Assembly (NCBI GenBank): GCA_025352365.1
Contig: JANXTO010000136.1
Span: 2,010 to 66,009, forward strand
Source: Undibacterium sp.
GTDB lineage: Bacteria; Pseudomonadota; Gammaproteobacteria; Burkholderiales; Burkholderiaceae_D
Direction of reading: 5' to 3'
Length of the DNA stretch: 64,000 nucleotides
In this document: piece after piece, positions 60,622-64,000 of the stretch
Position numbering within the stretch: the stretch's first letter is position 1
Layout: every line of letters starts with the position of its first letter
Made by a program: the position numbers and the translations under genes
Notes under the pieces: generated by a model
Seen by the model: only the letters and a program-made list of their open reading frames with translations
What the model was told of the DNA's origin: nothing
The model's database searches: none

Positions 60622-60662
60622 AAAAAAGCTCTTCCGGCAGATACCACCGAAAGAGCTTTTCT
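60622..60662. terminator. Bidirectional intrinsic terminator downstream of the TonB-dependent receptor
   Basis: A stem, AAAGCTCTT with AAGAGCTTT, is flanked by A-run and T-run. It lies 36 bp after the receptor stop on the minus strand. Confidence 0.7.
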
Positions 60663-60697
60663 AATTTCTGTCAAAAATTTGATACGTGATTTCAGCC

Positions 60698-62938
60698 TCA
60701 GAAATCTGCACTCAGCGATACAGCCCAGCTACGTTCTGGCTGAAACGTATATTGGTCAAAAGCAGCGCCTTTACTGTTGGCAGAAATAGACGTTGTATCT
60801 AATTTGTTCAACAGATTATTGATACCTACTTGCGTTCTGACATTTTTAACCATGCCGCCAATGTCTTTCCAGCGATAACCGATGGTCATATCTGCTGTCG
60901 TGTAGCTAGCAATTTTATAGGCAGCAGGTTCTCCGTCTTTAGCGTATTGGCTACCGACCATTTTGGCAATCAGTGATCCGTATAAACCGTTCGCCTTATA
61001 AAGCAAACCCAAAGCCGATGTGGAGTCTGGCGCTTTAGCTACTTGCAATCCTGTGTCTTTGGCTTTAGCACTATTCAACGATGCATTCGCGTGTACCGAG
61101 AAACCGCTACCCACATAGTAAGTCGCCGCCGCCTCTATACCCTTGTACACAACACCGCCCTGGTTGTAATACACCAGATCATTGCCTGTACCTGTGGAGG
61201 CAATTTTATTATTGAAGTCGATGTAATAAATATCTGCATCCAGCGTCAGATTTTGTGACTGATGTACCGTGCCTAACTGGTAGTTTGTAGAGGTCTGTGG
61301 CTTTGGTGTGCTGAGTAGCGGATTGTTCACATAGAACAAAGATAAATCTGGCACCAGAAAACCCTTAGCAACTTGTGCATAAGCCGACCATTCTTTATTG
61401 ACGCTGTAATTCACCGTCAGAAAAGGTAAGGTCGCTGTATAAGTCTGATCAGTCTGGGTGGCGATCCGCGTAGTCTGATTCACTGTCGCATCTAAAGAAC
61501 GTTGGAAGTTGAGATACTTCAGTCCTGGCGTTACTGTCCATTGCGGGGCGACTGCCCATTCAAACTCAACAAATGGTTGGTATTGCTTCCATGATGAACG
61601 CTGATCATAAGATACCGATTTAGGCGCTGTTGCCTCTTTAGGATTGGGCAAACCCAGCGTCCAATCCAGATCATAGGTATGACGATTGGTATTGGAACTT
61701 TCTAACCAGATCCCAGCTCGTAACAAGCCTGCATTCAGTTGATTAGTCGCCTTAAAAATATCCCCAGTAACACGATAAGAATTGAGCTTGTTATAACCAG
61801 GTACATCTTTATTACCCGTGGCTGCCGCCTTGGTACCGTTGGCAGTTGCGCCGCTTGCATCTTGGCCAGAATAGGTATCGTTGTTGTAAGCGTAGGTGTA
61901 CAAAGTATTGTCGATACCCCAGCCAGCCAACTTGGATTGCACGCGGATATAGTCAAAATCTGTGGTCTTATTATTGTAGTTGTAGCCAAAATAATTCTGG
62001 CTAGTGGGATCATTATTCAGCGCATAATTTTTACCGAATTGCGCAACCTGGCTCAAAGTCACACCTCCTTTATCCGCTACATAACTATGGATTTTGTTGT
62101 AAGTAGAAAATACAGTAACCAAGGTATCGCTACCAAATGCACGTTGCGCCTTGATCTGATAATTATCTTCGGTGACGCCGCTATACGTCAGATACCCATC
62201 CGTCGTCAGATGCGAGGCATTAAACATAAAGCTGGTATCACCATAATTTGACAACAAACCGCTATCGATTTGCGCACCTAGCATCTTGGTATTCCAAGAC
62301 CCAAAAGTCGCATAGGGCGTGAAATGAAAATCGTGCGATAACTCTTTAGAAAATAAATTTATCGAGCCGCCAAAAGTAGCCTGCCCAAGATTACTCGCGT
62401 TGCCAGGGCCACGCTCGATCACCATACCGCCAATGATACGAGCCGGAAAATACGAGGTCGAATGATGGGTAGGATTGTTGGTATCGCCGAATGGAATACC
62501 GTCATACGTCATATTATATTCACCATCTTGAAAGCCACGTAATGTGACTTTAGTTTCGCCAAGACCAGGACCGTTTGGTGACATACCAGACCCAACGCTA
62601 GGTGCAATCCGTGCTACCGCATTAAAGTCCGCCAGTGGTGTGACGGCTTGTTCAATAAAGGTGGCAGAGATAATCGATTGTGGCTGTGTCGCTTTTAATG
62701 AACTCTGCACAGGTGCGCGATTGGCAACGCTAGAACCATTAATCACGACTTTATCTTTAATCGCATTGGCATCCAGCGCAGAACCTGACTCAACTATTGA
62801 TGAAGCAGAATTTTCAGCAGTTTGCGCATTAGAATTGACATGGGACGCCATCAATGCAACAGCGATCAGGACCTGTGTTGATAACAGCGAGCGATTAAAT
62901 TTCTGTCGTGGATTTTGGTTTTGTGTGCGATTCATCAT
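60698..62938 (-). CDS. TonB-dependent outer-membrane receptor
   Basis: A 746-aa protein with a signal peptide, plug-domain blocks (RGF...YDGIP...ERGPG), a long beta-barrel and a C-terminal ...SLSADF. Confidence 0.88.
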   Translation of the reverse strand: MMNRTQNQNPRQKFNRSLLSTQVLIAVALMASHVNSNAQTAENSASSIVESGSALDANAIKDKVVINGSSVANRAPVQSSLKATQPQSIISATFIEQAVTPLADFNAVARIAPSVGSGMSPNGPGLGETKVTLRGFQDGEYNMTYDGIPFGDTNNPTHHSTSYFPARIIGGMVIERGPGNASNLGQATFGGSINLFSKELSHDFHFTPYATFGSWNTKMLGAQIDSGLLSNYGDTSFMFNASHLTTDGYLTYSGVTEDNYQIKAQRAFGSDTLVTVFSTYNKIHSYVADKGGVTLSQVAQFGKNYALNNDPTSQNYFGYNYNNKTTDFDYIRVQSKLAGWGIDNTLYTYAYNNDTYSGQDASGATANGTKAAATGNKDVPGYNKLNSYRVTGDIFKATNQLNAGLLRAGIWLESSNTNRHTYDLDWTLGLPNPKEATAPKSVSYDQRSSWKQYQPFVEFEWAVAPQWTVTPGLKYLNFQRSLDATVNQTTRIATQTDQTYTATLPFLTVNYSVNKEWSAYAQVAKGFLVPDLSLFYVNNPLLSTPKPQTSTNYQLGTVHQSQNLTLDADIYYIDFNNKIASTGTGNDLVYYNQGGVVYKGIEAAATYYVGSGFSVHANASLNSAKAKDTGLQVAKAPDSTSALGLLYKANGLYGSLIAKMVGSQYAKDGEPAAYKIASYTTADMTIGYRWKDIGGMVKNVRTQVGINNLLNKLDTTSISANSKGAAFDQYTFQPERSWAVSLSADF

Positions 62939-63053
62939 ATTGCCTTCCTAAATAATTCTCGGTGGGTAAAAATTCCACGAGTGTAGGAAAGCGATGTGAC
63001 GAGCACATGAAATTCAGATGACAGCTTAATGACACTACAACAAAATCTAAAAT

Positions 63054-63087
63054 AAAAAAGCGAGACAAATAAATGTCTCGCTTTTTT
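63054..63087 (-). terminator. Intrinsic terminator after the metallophosphoesterase gene
   Basis: The stem GCGAGACA-loop-TGTCTCGC is flanked by A6/T6. On the minus strand it is followed by TTTTTTATTTT. Confidence 0.8.
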
Positions 63088-63130
63088 CACAATACCGCTA
63101 AAAAAACCAATATCAGTGTGACTGTTCTTA

Positions 63131-64000
63131 CTATTGCGCGGCAGCCTCACAAGTAGTTTTGCCATTTTTCAGCAAACAATTAGTCATCAACTTGCCGTCT
63201 TTATTCCAGGCTTGCATCTTCCAGCCCTGTGCTTCGCGCTCCATCGTCATAAAGCCGACGTCATTAGTATTACTAAAATAATCCACTTCTGCCCCCATAA
63301 ATGGTGTCGCCGTAGCAGGACGTAAATTAGGCATAGGAATGTCCAGCGACGAGCCGCCATTGCCAGTCACAAATTGTGTCGGGTGATCGGTTTTGAAAGT
63401 GATCGCCTCAAACAAATGCACATGGCCGGATAAAACAGCTTGTACATTGTCGGGGAATAGACGCGCAAAATGAATATTTTGCATCAGATCTTGCAAGGCG
63501 GCGTTACCAGGTTTGAAATCCACTGGGCTACCTTTTTTCTTCTCTGGCGCAAACCCGAGTATAGGATGATGGTCGACAAAAATATTGAAGCTAGCTTGCC
63601 TGGATAGTTGCTCTACCTGATTGAACTGGTTCATGTACAAGGCATATGCAGGGTCGGTTTTTGCCAGGACTTTATTCGGCACTTTGGCAGAATCAAAGAC
63701 GATCAGTTGTGCGTCATCAGTCCCGATTTTGCCCAAAGGGACGCCATACGGTGCGCTGTAGTCGCCACTTAAATCATCTTGCGGCAAATTGCAATCACGC
63801 CCTGGTAGCAAAGGACGCGGGTCCATCAAGCGCCACCAGCCCTGGCCTGCACGGACGCAACTCTCATGATTGCCGCGGACGAATACCCAAGGTGCAACAC
63901 GCAATAAAGGTTGGGCTGGCGCGAAAAAATCGGCATTCCAGGTATCCCAGCCATAACCCCAAGGACTACCGGCGCAATCCGCATTGCCGTCGGGGCAACG
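63131..64000 (-). CDS. Metallophosphoesterase (calcineurin-like), 5' end outside window
   Basis: GNHE motif (VRGNHES) and GH.H motif (SGHVHLFE). My translation shows the frame stays open upstream of the track start (TTG at 63904) to the window edge. Confidence 0.8.
   Translation of the reverse strand, partial: RCPDGNADCAGSPWGYGWDTWNADFFAPAQPLLRVAPWVFVRGNHESCVRAGQGWWRLMDPRPLLPGRDCNLPQDDLSGDYSAPYGVPLGKIGTDDAQLIVFDSAKVPNKVLAKTDPAYALYMNQFNQVEQLSRQASFNIFVDHHPILGFAPEKKKGSPVDFKPGNAALQDLMQNIHFARLFPDNVQAVLSGHVHLFEAITFKTDHPTQFVTGNGGSSLDIPMPNLRPATATPFMGAEVDYFSNTNDVGFMTMEREAQGWKMQAWNKDGKLMTNCLLKNGKTTCEAAAQ

Noticed and set aside
60373-60789. A 138-aa plus-strand ORF in the gap between the TonB_C lipoprotein gene and the receptor gene.
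   Set aside because: It overlaps the starts or ends of both neighbouring minus-strand genes and a terminator. Its composition is AT-rich with no motif, so it is probably non-coding.
62939-63053. I searched the leader of the TonB-dependent receptor for a Fur box.
   Set aside because: Only short AT-rich partial matches are present (e.g. GAGAATTATTTAG), with nothing close to GATAATGATAATCATTATC. No call was made.

Overview
This is a 64-kb chromosomal segment. By gene content and synteny it looks like a moderately low-GC Burkholderiales or Oxalobacteraceae-type betaproteobacterium. That is an inference from the torF-like/glnK/amtB operon divergent from ubiK-comM, from rsmB-DUF4390-ntrY-ntrX, from DUF3567, and from xdhC-add. 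I call about 55 protein genes, mostly housekeeping, transport and signalling. They include a partial KefB/C-like antiporter; a UPF0016 (GDT1/TMEM165) transporter; a LysE exporter; an HDOD-GAF protein paired with a REC-TPR protein; a FolM-like SDR, FolB and TtcA; the glnK-amtB operon; ComM; a DUF1800/DUF1501 pair; several two-component systems; a five-gene peptide ABC importer; an M20 amidohydrolase; a lone ClpP paralog; two MCPs; two tandem porin-like OMP plus small PBP-like modules; a TonB_C lipoprotein next to a TonB-dependent receptor; and a partial metallophosphoesterase. I saw no rRNA, tRNA, CRISPR array, IS/transposase, prophage or obvious defence genes. The most unusual content is non-coding. 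(1) There are nine copies of an approximately 85-bp structured intergenic repeat that I cannot assign to any named family. (2) Two tandem sibling sRNA candidates lie downstream of the peptide ABC operon, each with a CCUCC-type seed and an intrinsic terminator. (3) A candidate yybP-ykoY (Mn2+) riboswitch plus terminator lies upstream of the UPF0016 gene. (4) A near-consensus sigma54 promoter with an NtrC-type enhancer site precedes torF-like-glnK-amtB. (5) A PI-PLC-like secreted protein gene is interrupted by a single in-frame TAG. (6) The duplicated OMP/PBP-like module contains a sharply bounded near-identical 5' tract. All calls are by-eye motif recognition with no database search, so family names reflect recalled signatures and start codons are approximate.
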